In this document: piece after piece, positions 38,803 through 47,921 of the stretch | How positions within the stretch are numbered: the stretch's first letter is position 1 | Layout of the letters: every line of letters begins with the position of its first letter | Assembly: GCA_943788195.1 (NCBI GenBank) | Contig: CALSPH010000002.1 | Span: 526,004 to 590,003 of the forward strand | Length of the DNA: 64,000 nucleotides | Direction of reading: 5' to 3' | Origin: an uncultured Bacteroidia bacterium | GTDB taxonomy: Bacteria; Bacteroidota; Bacteroidia; NS11-12g; UBA955 | Notes under the pieces: model-generated | What the model saw: the letters and a program-made list of their open reading frames with translations, nothing else | Told to the model about the DNA's origin: nothing | The model's database searches: none | Program-made: the position numbers and the translations under genes

Positions 38803-40083
38803 CTAGCCGCTTATTAAGGCTTCTCCCACCAAACAAGACATGCACTTTTTCTGACTACAATAATTTTGACTTAAACCAATGGCTCCCTGGCTATCCAGAG
38901 CAGAATGGAGATTAAAATTACAACTTTGATATTTCTTCGTAATCCGATTGCGCTCTGCTGGCAGTGCAAGCAGTAGATTTACTGCCCTTTCATTTAAGGC
39001 CGCATCATCAGTACAACTCCCATAAGCAAACAGTGTCGTTGCAACGGTATTAATCAGGATGAGCTGTAAAGAATCCTTACCTAATTCAACCGATCTTTTC
39101 CTTTTTCTTGGCTCTCCAAAATGAACGTGGTATGCCCAATAGTCATGCGCTTTCACTTTAAACAGGTCAATCAACTCCACCACATTCTGAACGTTAAGCA
39201 CTTTAGAAAAAAGGTGAGACGATTGTGAAACTAAATGGGAAAATTGGGAGATGCGTAAGATTGGATAATTAGACGGGCGTGCTTTCATTCTTTTCCAAAG
39301 CAATGAATGATTGCTTTTTAAAACATATTTGTTCTTGATAAAAATATAACTCCGCTGTAATTCATTGTGAAAATCATCTTTTATTTTCGTGCTTAATAGA
39401 CCTGCTTGTCCGAAGAAAATTGCCTCAATTTCCATTGGCTTATCATTATGCTTTGCCAATATTCGCAAAGGGACAGAACGGGCTAAATCCAACATGCTGG
39501 ATGCGTTGGTTTTAAATCCAAAATTTTGGGCCAGGGTATAATAGAAAAATTGGCTCCAATCCATTTTGAGTGCTTCGAGCATAGCAAGGCTCTCGGCCGT
39601 TTTAAGGCCCAACCGTTCTATACCCGCTTTATGTAGCATATTGGATAAAATAATCGGCTCAACTCGATGATTTAAGTTGATACAAGGTAACTTCAATGTA
39701 TTGTACTTTAAACTGCGATAGGTCTTCAATTGAGCAGCGGTAATAAGTGGCTTTAAGGCTAAAGTGGGTATGGGTTCTTTATTCGAATGATAAACCTGTT
39801 CATCTGCTTCATACACCACATGCAATATCACTTTAAGGTAATTCGAATCAAACTGATGTTTATGCCTTATCCAATCGGATGCTTTAACATGAACTTCTAC
39901 ACTGCCAGCCCATAATTGATCGCCAATTTTAATTTGTGCTTCATTGAAATCTGGCCCTTCGCTATGATTTAAAATGCCGCAATGGATAATCTGAATTGAT
40001 TCTCCATTAGTGGTTTCTAATTTTATTTTTTGAGACTTAATTAAAGGCCAGATATAATGTAACAGGTCTTCTTCTAGCTTCAT
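38803..40083 (-). CDS. DUF2851 family protein
   Basis: 426 aa. N-terminus EDLLHYIWPL... recalled as the DUF2851 signature. C-terminal Cys cluster NYCSQKKCMSCLVGE. Its start overlaps the pyrF stop by 4 nt. Confidence 0.7.
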   Translation of the reverse strand: MKLEEDLLHYIWPLIKSQKIKLETTNGESIQIIHCGILNHSEGPDFNEAQIKIGDQLWAGSVEVHVKASDWIRHKHQFDSNYLKVILHVVYEADEQVYHSNKEPIPTLALKPLITAAQLKTYRSLKYNTLKLPCINLNHRVEPIILSNMLHKAGIERLGLKTAESLAMLEALKMDWSQFFYYTLAQNFGFKTNASSMLDLARSVPLRILAKHNDKPMEIEAIFFGQAGLLSTKIKDDFHNELQRSYIFIKNKYVLKSNHSLLWKRMKARPSNYPILRISQFSHLVSQSSHLFSKVLNVQNVVELIDLFKVKAHDYWAYHVHFGEPRKRKRSVELGKDSLQLILINTVATTLFAYGSCTDDAALNERAVNLLLALPAERNRITKKYQSCNFNLHSALDSQGAIGLSQNYCSQKKCMSCLVGEALISG

Positions 40084-40895
40084 ACAAAGTAATCTTGCAT
40101 ATCCAAGACGATGTGCTCTGCAGCTTCTCTGGCCTTGGTTGCAAAATCCTCTTTATTTGATGCATAAATGATTCCTCGTGAAGAGTTAATCAATAATCCA
40201 CCATCCGTTTTATGTGCCGCCATTGCGCAAACCTCTTTTGCACTGCCGCCTTGTGCACCTACTCCAGGCACCAAGAAGAAATGCTCTGGAAACTGACTTC
40301 TCAACTCTGCCAATACTTTTGGATGAGTAGCTCCGGTCACAAACATTAAGTTGGATGGATTTCCCCAAGATTCAACCTGCTTCATCATGTGGAGATATAC
40401 CGGTTCTCCATTCACCATATCCAATTGCTGTAAATCCAAGCTGCCCTTATTGGAGGTTAAGCCCAAACAAATGACCCATTTTTGATCAAAACCAAAGAAA
40501 GGAGAGAGACTGTCTTCGCCCATGTAAGGAGCTACGGTAATGGCATCAAAATTCATTTGCTCAAAAAATGCCTTTGCGTACATTTTGGAAGTGTTACCAA
40601 TATCTCCTCTTTTGGCATCCGCTATGGTCAAAATGTTGTCTGGAATTAAGGCCAATGTTGCCTCCATTATTTCCCAACCCACACTCCCGTACTGTTCGTA
40701 AAAGGCGGTATTCAATTTAAATGAAACGGCAAGATCAGAAGTGGCATCAATAATGGCTTTATTGAATTGTACCATGGCATCCTTCAATGGCAATTGCTGA
40801 AGGTGCTCAGGCAATAAATCAAAGCGCGTATCCAAACCAACACAAAGCATTGATTTCTTTTTAAAGATTTCTGACACCAGCTTTTTTCGTTCCAT
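40080..40895 (-). CDS. pyrF: Orotidine 5'-phosphate decarboxylase (type 2)
   Basis: KKKSMLCVGLDT N-terminal motif, DAKRGDIGNT and VPGVGAQGG motifs. ATG 40895 gives the family-typical N-terminus. In-frame ATGs at 40913 and 40937 are alternatives. Confidence 0.9.
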   Translation of the reverse strand: MERKKLVSEIFKKKSMLCVGLDTRFDLLPEHLQQLPLKDAMVQFNKAIIDATSDLAVSFKLNTAFYEQYGSVGWEIMEATLALIPDNILTIADAKRGDIGNTSKMYAKAFFEQMNFDAITVAPYMGEDSLSPFFGFDQKWVICLGLTSNKGSLDLQQLDMVNGEPVYLHMMKQVESWGNPSNLMFVTGATHPKVLAELRSQFPEHFFLVPGVGAQGGSAKEVCAMAAHKTDGGLLINSSRGIIYASNKEDFATKAREAAEHIVLDMQDYFV

Positions 40896-41098
40896 AATAT
40901 GCAAAGCACGCATTTTTTTATTGAAGCTCAAATCCAATCAACTAAAAAGAGTAAAAAGAGAGAAAAAAATTTATATACGCAACACACTGTATCCTGAAAG
41001 TCATAATGTAAGTCCGTGGATATCAAGTCAAACAATTATTTAAAAAAAGATTAATATTGCCTTGTCAATCTTAAGTAATCAAGGAAAATCTAAATCCC

Positions 41099-42775
41099 AT
41101 GAAGAAATTAATACTGATTCTGCTAAGCTGCTTTTTTCTAAACACGGTAAACGCGCAAACCGAAGAAACTAAAAAATGGGTGTTAACGGGTAATTTTCAA
41201 AGTAACACTTCCTTTTTTGATAAGGACACGCTAATTGGCGCTAATACAACGGTTTATAAAAAGCAAAAATCAGGAAATGAAAGTTGGCTTTTTGCCAAGC
41301 TGAATTATGGCGACTGGAATTTTTCCATGCGATATGATTTGTTTAACAACTCTGCTTTATTGAATCCACAAGCAAGTTATACCAATCAGGGCTTGGGTTT
41401 CTTCCAGATTAACAAAAAGGTAGAAGGACTCGATATAACCGCAGGTTATTTTTATGATCAATTTGCCAGTGGTACCATCTTTAGAGCTTACGAAGATCGA
41501 AACATTGGAATTGACTATGCTGTGCGTGGGGTAAGATTAAAATATGATATAGGAAATGTAGCTCACTTAAAAGCATTCACAGGTCAACAAAAAGGAAATA
41601 TCAACAACCGTTTCGGAACGTTTCCTGAAAGGATACAAGGCTTCAATGCGGAGTTTGATTTAAGACTCGGCAAAAAAAAGGGCCTCAGTTTACAACCCGG
41701 TGCATCTGTTGTGAACCGAACCTTGGATGAAAGCACCATGAGTAATGCAGCTTCCGAAATTCAAGGATATATACCTGCACTTCGGTTTAATGATCCCAAA
41801 TACAACACCTTTGCCATCAATGCATACGCAACTGCAAATTACAAGGGCTTCACTTTGTATGGGGAGTATTCACATAAAACCAAAGATATGATCCGTGATT
41901 TATCTGGGATACTTAATAATGTTCCCGGAGATGTGTATTTGGGAATTCTTTCTTATGGGAAAAACCGATTGGGAAAGAAAAAGCAAATGAGTATAGGCGC
42001 CACCGTGCAATACAAAAAAATTGACCGATTTGGATTTAGAATCAACCCGTATGTATCTCAATTAGATGGTTTATTAACCTATTTACCTTCTATTACGCGG
42101 GCAAACACCTTTCGCCTCCTTGCGCGTTATACCTCGGTAGTTCAAACCCTAGGTGAACAAGGTTTTAATGGAGATGTGATTATTGGACTAAGTAAGAAAA
42201 CGAAGGTAAACTTAAACTATTCTCATGTGAATAGTTTGGGCTTTAACGGAGACAGCAGTGGCAACCCAATTAAGCTATTTAGGGAAGCCATATTTAATAT
42301 TCAACACAAGTTTAGCCGCAAACTGAAGGGTAAAATTGGGTTCCAAACCATACAATACAATCAAGAACGCTATGAGATTAAACCAGGAGTAGCATTGGTT
42401 GAAACCTTAACTCCTTTTATGGAAATCACTTGGAAGTACAATCGAAAAGAATCGATTCGATTTGAATGCCAGGTTTTGGAGACCAAACAAGATTTGGGTA
42501 GTTTTATAAATGCAGTACTGGAATGGAACATCGCCCCGAAGTACTCCTTTTCGGTATCCAATATGATCAATCATAAACCCGAACGTTTCAAGGGCTCTAG
42601 CATACCCAAACAGGTAATCAATTACCCTACTGTTTTTGCGAGCTATACACATCATGCATCGGTTTATACCTTGGCCTATATTAAACAGGTACAAGGCGTA
42701 AATTGCACCGGAGGTATTTGCAGAGTAGAACCCGCATTCAGCGGAGTGCGTTTTACAATAACTTCAAATTTTTAA
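41099..42775 (+). CDS. Outer-membrane beta-barrel protein (DUF6029-like, recalled)
   Basis: Signal peptide MKKLILILLSCFFLNTVNAQ. Beta-strand-rich sequence of 558 aa. C-terminus GVNCTGGICRVEPAFSGVRFTITSNF with a terminal Phe. Confidence 0.7.
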   Translation: MKKLILILLSCFFLNTVNAQTEETKKWVLTGNFQSNTSFFDKDTLIGANTTVYKKQKSGNESWLFAKLNYGDWNFSMRYDLFNNSALLNPQASYTNQGLGFFQINKKVEGLDITAGYFYDQFASGTIFRAYEDRNIGIDYAVRGVRLKYDIGNVAHLKAFTGQQKGNINNRFGTFPERIQGFNAEFDLRLGKKKGLSLQPGASVVNRTLDESTMSNAASEIQGYIPALRFNDPKYNTFAINAYATANYKGFTLYGEYSHKTKDMIRDLSGILNNVPGDVYLGILSYGKNRLGKKKQMSIGATVQYKKIDRFGFRINPYVSQLDGLLTYLPSITRANTFRLLARYTSVVQTLGEQGFNGDVIIGLSKKTKVNLNYSHVNSLGFNGDSSGNPIKLFREAIFNIQHKFSRKLKGKIGFQTIQYNQERYEIKPGVALVETLTPFMEITWKYNRKESIRFECQVLETKQDLGSFINAVLEWNIAPKYSFSVSNMINHKPERFKGSSIPKQVINYPTVFASYTHHASVYTLAYIKQVQGVNCTGGICRVEPAFSGVRFTITSNF

Positions 42776-42797
42776 ATTGCGCTGACAGAAGATTAAG

Positions 42798-42805
42798 TAT
42801 ATTTG
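42798..42805 (+). promoter_or_regulatory. -7 promoter box TATATTTG upstream of the Omp28-like gene
   Basis: Exact TAnnTTTG match containing the TTG used by the ORF track. ATG 42815 lies 10 nt downstream, which implies a near-leaderless mRNA. Confidence 0.4.
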
Positions 42806-42814
42806 AAATCCGAC

Positions 42815-43699
42815 ATGAATACCTTTAGAAACCATTTTCCAACTTTTACTTTCCTCTTTTCTGCATTCATTTTGCTTGCATTGGGCAGTTGTGAAGAAGA
42901 ACCTCCATTCATCAGTTTAACCGATGATGCCAAGCCCTTAACCGATACCAACTATATTACCAGCACCATTCCTCCCGCTCAAGAAAAGAAGGTGTTGATC
43001 GAGGATATAAGTGGAGTAAATTGCGTGAATTGTCCTGCTGCTGCTGACAAAGCAGAGGCTATACTATTGGCTAAAGGAAGCAAAGTAACGGTGGTTACCT
43101 TGATGCCTGACAAATCATTGTTGCCACAATTTACCGACCCTAAAAATATTTTTACTCCGTTAACGAATAACAAAGCCAACCAGCTGCTCAATTTCATTAC
43201 CCCACCCAATGGTTTACCGGCCGGCATGATCAATCGAGGTGATTTTGGTAATGGTCGCACCATGGCGTGGCAATTTTGGGATGGACCTGTAGACACCGAA
43301 CTGGCCAAACCCAATAATGTAAACATCGAATTGGAAACCGATTACGATGCTACTAAAAATACAGTTTTGGTGAGCATCCGGGTAACGTATGTGGAGGATC
43401 AAACCGATTCACTTCAGAATATCAGTTTGATGATTACGGAAACCGACATTAAAGGAGTTCAAAAGGACCTGAGTGGCACCAATACAGATTACACCTTCAA
43501 GCATATCATGCGCGATTTTGCAACCAATGCCCTAGGCGATCCGATTAAAGCAACACTGGTAAAAGGTCGAGTAATTGAACGGCAGTATCTCATCAATATG
43601 GATCCAAGCTGGGTTGCAGCAAACTGCGAAATTGTTGGCTTAGTGCATTCTCGTCAAGGCAAAGTGGTTTATCAATCAGTCCACAAAAAAGTACTCTAA
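42815..43699 (+). CDS. Omp28-related outer-membrane lipoprotein with CxxC motif
   Basis: Lipobox LALGSC. EDISGVNCVNCPAA thioredoxin-like CxxC segment. Family name is recalled, not searched. Confidence 0.7.
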   Translation: MNTFRNHFPTFTFLFSAFILLALGSCEEEPPFISLTDDAKPLTDTNYITSTIPPAQEKKVLIEDISGVNCVNCPAAADKAEAILLAKGSKVTVVTLMPDKSLLPQFTDPKNIFTPLTNNKANQLLNFITPPNGLPAGMINRGDFGNGRTMAWQFWDGPVDTELAKPNNVNIELETDYDATKNTVLVSIRVTYVEDQTDSLQNISLMITETDIKGVQKDLSGTNTDYTFKHIMRDFATNALGDPIKATLVKGRVIERQYLINMDPSWVAANCEIVGLVHSRQGKVVYQSVHKKVL

Positions 43700-43700
43700 T

Positions 43701-44609
43701 TTGAATTGGCAGAGCGCTTTAAAGGGCTATGAGCTATACATCAAACTAGAAAAAGGACTATCCAAAAACTCCGTATCTGCCTACCTAAGTGACATTCAAA
43801 AACTTTGGGATTATTCAAAAGGTGAATTAGGATACAACTCGTATTCTCAGCTAACCTATGATGACTTGAGTAACTTCATGGGCTATTTAAAAGAACAGAA
43901 TCAAAGTCCCTATACGCGCGCTCGTTTAACCTCCAGCATTAAATCATTTTTCAACTATCTGATGATTGAGAAAATGATTCCTACCAATCCATCTGAATTA
44001 TTGGAATCGCCTCGTTTGGGACGCAAGTTACCTGATTACCTCACCGTAGCCGAAATAGATCTGCTGATTGCCCAAATTGATTTGAGCAAGGCATTTGCGC
44101 ACCGCAATAAAACCATCATTGAAATGCTTTATAGCTGCGGGATGCGTGTATCTGAATTAACCCATTTAAAAATTCACGATGTAATTGCGGATGATCAATT
44201 GGTGCGTGTTACTGGAAAGGGAAGTAAACAGCGTCTAGTGCCCATTGACCAATACACGCTTAAACTCATTCGACTTTACCTGATTGAAGAACGCAATCAA
44301 CAGCAGGCCCAAAAAGGTGAAGAAGATGTGCTGTTTTTAAATCGTTTTGGCAAACGCATTAGCCGGGTTTTTGTATTTACCTTGGTTAAAAAACTCTGTC
44401 AAATGGCAGGTATTCAAAAAAACGTTAGCCCGCATACTTTTCGACATAGCTTTGCAACTCATCTGGTGGAAAATGGCGCAGACTTGCGATCAGTACAAGA
44501 AATGTTGGGGCATGAGAGCATTACCACCACAGAAATCTATACCCATTTAGAACAAAAAGGATTGCGAGATGCAGTGTTGAAGTATCATCCAAGGAATAAT
44601 TCGGATTAG
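43701..44609 (+). CDS. xerD: Site-specific tyrosine recombinase XerD
   Basis: N-terminal SAM-like domain (GLSKNSVSAYLSDIQKL). Catalytic residues are present (…GMRVSEL…, RHSFATHLVENGADLRSVQEMLGHESITTTEIYTHL). TTG start. Confidence 0.88.
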   Translation: MNWQSALKGYELYIKLEKGLSKNSVSAYLSDIQKLWDYSKGELGYNSYSQLTYDDLSNFMGYLKEQNQSPYTRARLTSSIKSFFNYLMIEKMIPTNPSELLESPRLGRKLPDYLTVAEIDLLIAQIDLSKAFAHRNKTIIEMLYSCGMRVSELTHLKIHDVIADDQLVRVTGKGSKQRLVPIDQYTLKLIRLYLIEERNQQQAQKGEEDVLFLNRFGKRISRVFVFTLVKKLCQMAGIQKNVSPHTFRHSFATHLVENGADLRSVQEMLGHESITTTEIYTHLEQKGLRDAVLKYHPRNNSD

Positions 44610-44635
44610 TAGTTAGTAGTTGAAGCAACGCTTTT

Positions 44636-45352
44636 CTACTGAACAATGTTACTTCTAACCAATTCAATTGATTTATTCTCAGGCGGTTCTTCATATTTAA
44701 TAATTCCGAATCCTGGGGCATAATATATGTACATATAAAAGTTGCTGTTGCTAGGTTCTTCATCAAGCAAATCGGGATATGTCCTATCTTGAGGTAGTTT
44801 AAATAGTTTAACATTGTTATAAGTTTTGCCAAAAAGAATCAGACTTGTGTCATTGTTCAATAATGGCATGTCTGATCTTAAATTTAGTGTAAATGGAGTG
44901 TGGAAACATGGTTGCACATGTCCTCCTGGGGCACTTTTATTCCTGACCCAAGAGGTACTGTTTGACGCAATATTTGTTCCATCTGGGTTCTGTTGTCTGC
45001 TGTACCAATCATAAAATTTGTTAAACCTGGTACTCTTAGTAACCATATTTGCATGCTCAATAGTATAGGTTCTGTGCTTTGAGTAACTTTCAGTTCCTTT
45101 CACCACTGAAGTGTCTAGTTTGCTTAGTGTTACATAGACTGAATCCGTCTTTCCATTTTGCATGTTCTTATACACCCACCATGTGCCTTTTTTAAAGTAC
45201 ATATAGTCCTTAGATTCACCCAACCAGTATTCTTTAAAGATTGGGTCCTTGGGCATGTTGTTTGTTTTGATGCTTGGTGTTTCTTTTACACAACCGTATA
45301 AACCAATCATCAATACAAGGCAAACACTTTTTGTTACGTTAACAAACTTCAT
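44636..45352 (-). CDS. Hypothetical lipoprotein
   Basis: Lipobox MIGLYGC. 238 aa. No family recognised. Confidence 0.6.
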   Translation of the reverse strand: MKFVNVTKSVCLVLMIGLYGCVKETPSIKTNNMPKDPIFKEYWLGESKDYMYFKKGTWWVYKNMQNGKTDSVYVTLSKLDTSVVKGTESYSKHRTYTIEHANMVTKSTRFNKFYDWYSRQQNPDGTNIASNSTSWVRNKSAPGGHVQPCFHTPFTLNLRSDMPLLNNDTSLILFGKTYNNVKLFKLPQDRTYPDLLDEEPSNSNFYMYIYYAPGFGIIKYEEPPENKSIELVRSNIVQ

Positions 45353-45414
45353 TCTATCCCTACTACAATTGAAAAAGGGCTTGCCCCTAAAAACTAATTA
45401 CTAAATTCTTCTGC

Positions 45415-45843
45415 CTATTGATTCGCTTTCAACCAATCCAAGAAGGCTTGCTTCTGAATAACCCCCAAACGTTTCACCAACAGATTTCCATCTTTATCGG
45501 CAATGGCCATACCGGGATGTCCGGTAATATCATAGGACTCAGACACCGATTTACCATCCGATTCTTTGGTATTCAAAAATGCACCAATCATATTATCTTT
45601 AATGTAGGCTTCCACTTCCGCATCATTCAAAATGTCCTTTTTAAAAGCGGCACATTTATCACAATTGGGTTTGTAAAAATGAATGAAAATCTTTCGGTTG
45701 TTATCTTGAGCAGATTGTTTGGTTGCATTCCAATCGTTTTCAAAAAATCCGTCTGGTAATTCAATGGCTGCAACTTTGTCCTTTCTGCAAGAAGAAAATG
45801 CAAGGGTTATACCCAACATGGTTAACACAAATAGATTTTTCAT
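45415..45843 (-). CDS. Thioredoxin-fold lipoprotein (CxxC)
   Basis: Lipobox LAFSSC. FYKPNCDKCAAF active-site-like motif. 142 aa. Confidence 0.75.
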   Translation of the reverse strand: MKNLFVLTMLGITLAFSSCRKDKVAAIELPDGFFENDWNATKQSAQDNNRKIFIHFYKPNCDKCAAFKKDILNDAEVEAYIKDNMIGAFLNTKESDGKSVSESYDITGHPGMAIADKDGNLLVKRLGVIQKQAFLDWLKANQ

Positions 45844-45911
45844 TTAACAAACATAAGAAAAAGTCTTGAAGGAATCCTTATCCCTTAGTAACAGTACTGA
45901 TTATGAGACCA

Positions 45912-46301
45912 TTACAAATTCATTTCAACCGGCTTTTTGGTTGCCAGGTCAATGCAAGCTGTCGTAATCTCTGCTTCGATGCACACACTGTGGTCTTGCT
46001 TGTTCAGAATAGTTTGGTGAAATATAATTTTAAACCGCCCTTTCTTAGAGGTATAGGTCTCCACCACAAACTCATCTTTGCTTCGCAAAGATTGCTTGTA
46101 CTTTATCTCCGATTTTATCACCATGGCAGCTATCCCCTCACGAAAAAGGCCTTCAAAATCAATTCCTTGATCGGTTAAAAACTGATGGCGCGCATGTTCT
46201 AGGTAATTAATATATACCGCATTGTTCACGATTCCTTGCAGATCCAATTCATAATCTCTCACCTGCATTTCTAAGGTATGTTTAGGGGTTGCTGCTTCCA
46301 T
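45912..46301 (-). CDS. Acyl-CoA thioesterase, 4HBT/YbgC family
   Basis: 129-aa hotdog-fold-like protein (VRDYELDLQGIVNNAVYINYLEHAR). Confidence 0.8.
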   Translation of the reverse strand: MEAATPKHTLEMQVRDYELDLQGIVNNAVYINYLEHARHQFLTDQGIDFEGLFREGIAAMVIKSEIKYKQSLRSKDEFVVETYTSKKGRFKIIFHQTILNKQDHSVCIEAEITTACIDLATKKPVEMNL

Positions 46302-46302
46302 C

Positions 46303-46866
46303 TTATTTCTGATTAAATTGAGTCATCGCATTATTTAAACCGTGTTTCATAAAGTAAAGCAATGCATCTGCCGCAAACTTTTTCGCGATTTCTACTTCGG
46401 TACGTTCGTTTTCTTTCCATTTCCCTAGCACAAAATCAATCTGTCGCCCCGGAGAAAATGTGTCGCCAATACCAAAGCGCAAGCGATTGTATTTGTTATG
46501 TCCTAGCGTCTGTTCTATATCTTTTAACCCATTATGACCTGCACTACTCCCCTTTCCTCGCACACGAAGCTTACCGAGTGGTAAGGCAATATCATCCACC
46601 ACAACCATTATTTTTTCTAAGGGAATCGATAACTCGTTCATCCAGTAATTAAAGGCGCGTCCACTTAAATTCATAAAGGTGTTGGGCTTTAATAAGTAAA
46701 ACTGTTTCCCAGCATATTTATCGATAGCCATTGCACCATGCTTAACTGCATCAAAAGTGAGCTTCCTTTGCTCTGCCAGTTCATCCAATACATCAAAGCC
46801 AATATTATGTCTTGTATGCTCATATTCTGCCCCGACATTCCCCAAACCAATAAACAAGTACTTCAT
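46303..46866 (-). CDS. pth: Peptidyl-tRNA hydrolase
   Basis: GLGNVGAEYEHTRHNIGF and GSSAGHNGLKDI motifs. Confidence 0.95.
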   Translation of the reverse strand: MKYLFIGLGNVGAEYEHTRHNIGFDVLDELAEQRKLTFDAVKHGAMAIDKYAGKQFYLLKPNTFMNLSGRAFNYWMNELSIPLEKIMVVVDDIALPLGKLRVRGKGSSAGHNGLKDIEQTLGHNKYNRLRFGIGDTFSPGRQIDFVLGKWKENERTEVEIAKKFAADALLYFMKHGLNNAMTQFNQK

Positions 46867-47921
46867 GGACTTTGATTTAAATAAACCGTATCGATTACCT
46901 TTCGGTATCGTTTCGGGGCATTATACGGGCGCCAGACACCCGAATCTGGCTTTATTTCAACATATTTAGAGCTTAATCTATAGTTGGTTTTACTTGAAAG
47001 TTCTTTACGCGTAATATCGACAACATATGCTCTACTCACGGGTAAAAATGGACGCAATAGTCTTTTCGAACGCATCATTTCATAGGGCGTATCACTTTTA
47101 CTTCTAAAATTTACAATGGGTGACCAATGAATGGGAATTATTTTGCGAGGCACCCGCGGAGGGATGGTGTCAAAATGATAAAATCCCTTTTTATCGTGAT
47201 AACCCCTTGCCGGAAACCGTGCTCGTTCAAAATGGTGGTAAGCGAAAAAGAGATTATTCCATCGTTTTTCATTTTTAATATAATCACCCGCCCATTCTAC
47301 ATGCATGGTTGCTAGATCCCTATTTTCAGGTCTGAAAGGAAATACATGGATTGGAACTTGGGAAATAAACCCTTGATAGCTTTTGGCTTGGACCGATGCC
47401 CAATAGATTTCTCCAATCATACTATCCGTCATGGGCAAGCAGCCAATGGTTGCACATTCGCCATGAATGAAAATTTGACCGCCTAGCTTCGGGCGATACC
47501 CCCAGAAACTATCGACTCCATTTGGGTAAGATAGCCGAAATGATAAATAATAGTTGCTCCAGGGGTTAAAGCGATTGATGTAGTAAATTCCTTCTGGAAT
47601 TTGCATATCACCCTCTTTAGCCTTAAAGCCTAACATGCCAGAAAGTCTACAAATATTGTAGGTGTAAATCAGCTTATGGGGTTTATATGGATCGTCTGAA
47701 GCCCATAATTCCAGTTGTTTCTCTGTTTTAAAAGCTCGCCAATAGATATATTTCGGAGGATATGAAACACCTGCCGCTTCAAATTTACTGCGCAACGCTT
47801 GATCTGAATTATTGGATGCTTCCCTAACGCGTTCATAACGCAGTTGCATATCACGAAAAGTTTGTGACTGAAGCGAAAGCGCAAAGCAAAGCAATATATT
47901 CAAAAACACTACTTTACGCAT
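46863..47921 (-). CDS. L,D-transpeptidase (YkuD-like) family protein with basic C-terminal extension
   Basis: Signal peptide from Met17 (MRKVVFLNILLCFALSLQSQ). Catalytic-type motif FIHGECATIGCLPM. ATG 47921 overlaps the upstream permease gene by 8 nt. Confidence 0.7.
   Translation of the reverse strand: MRKVVFLNILLCFALSLQSQTFRDMQLRYERVREASNNSDQALRSKFEAAGVSYPPKYIYWRAFKTEKQLELWASDDPYKPHKLIYTYNICRLSGMLGFKAKEGDMQIPEGIYYINRFNPWSNYYLSFRLSYPNGVDSFWGYRPKLGGQIFIHGECATIGCLPMTDSMIGEIYWASVQAKSYQGFISQVPIHVFPFRPENRDLATMHVEWAGDYIKNEKRWNNLFFAYHHFERARFPARGYHDKKGFYHFDTIPPRVPRKIIPIHWSPIVNFRSKSDTPYEMMRSKRLLRPFLPVSRAYVVDITRKELSSKTNYRLSSKYVEIKPDSGVWRPYNAPKRYRKVIDTVYLNQSP

Noticed and set aside
43701-44609. Tyrosine recombinase as a possible marker of an integrated mobile element.
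   Set aside because: The sequence has the hallmark XerD-type N- and C-terminal motifs. There is no flanking tRNA, direct repeat, or phage or conjugation gene. The neighbours are ordinary envelope and housekeeping genes.
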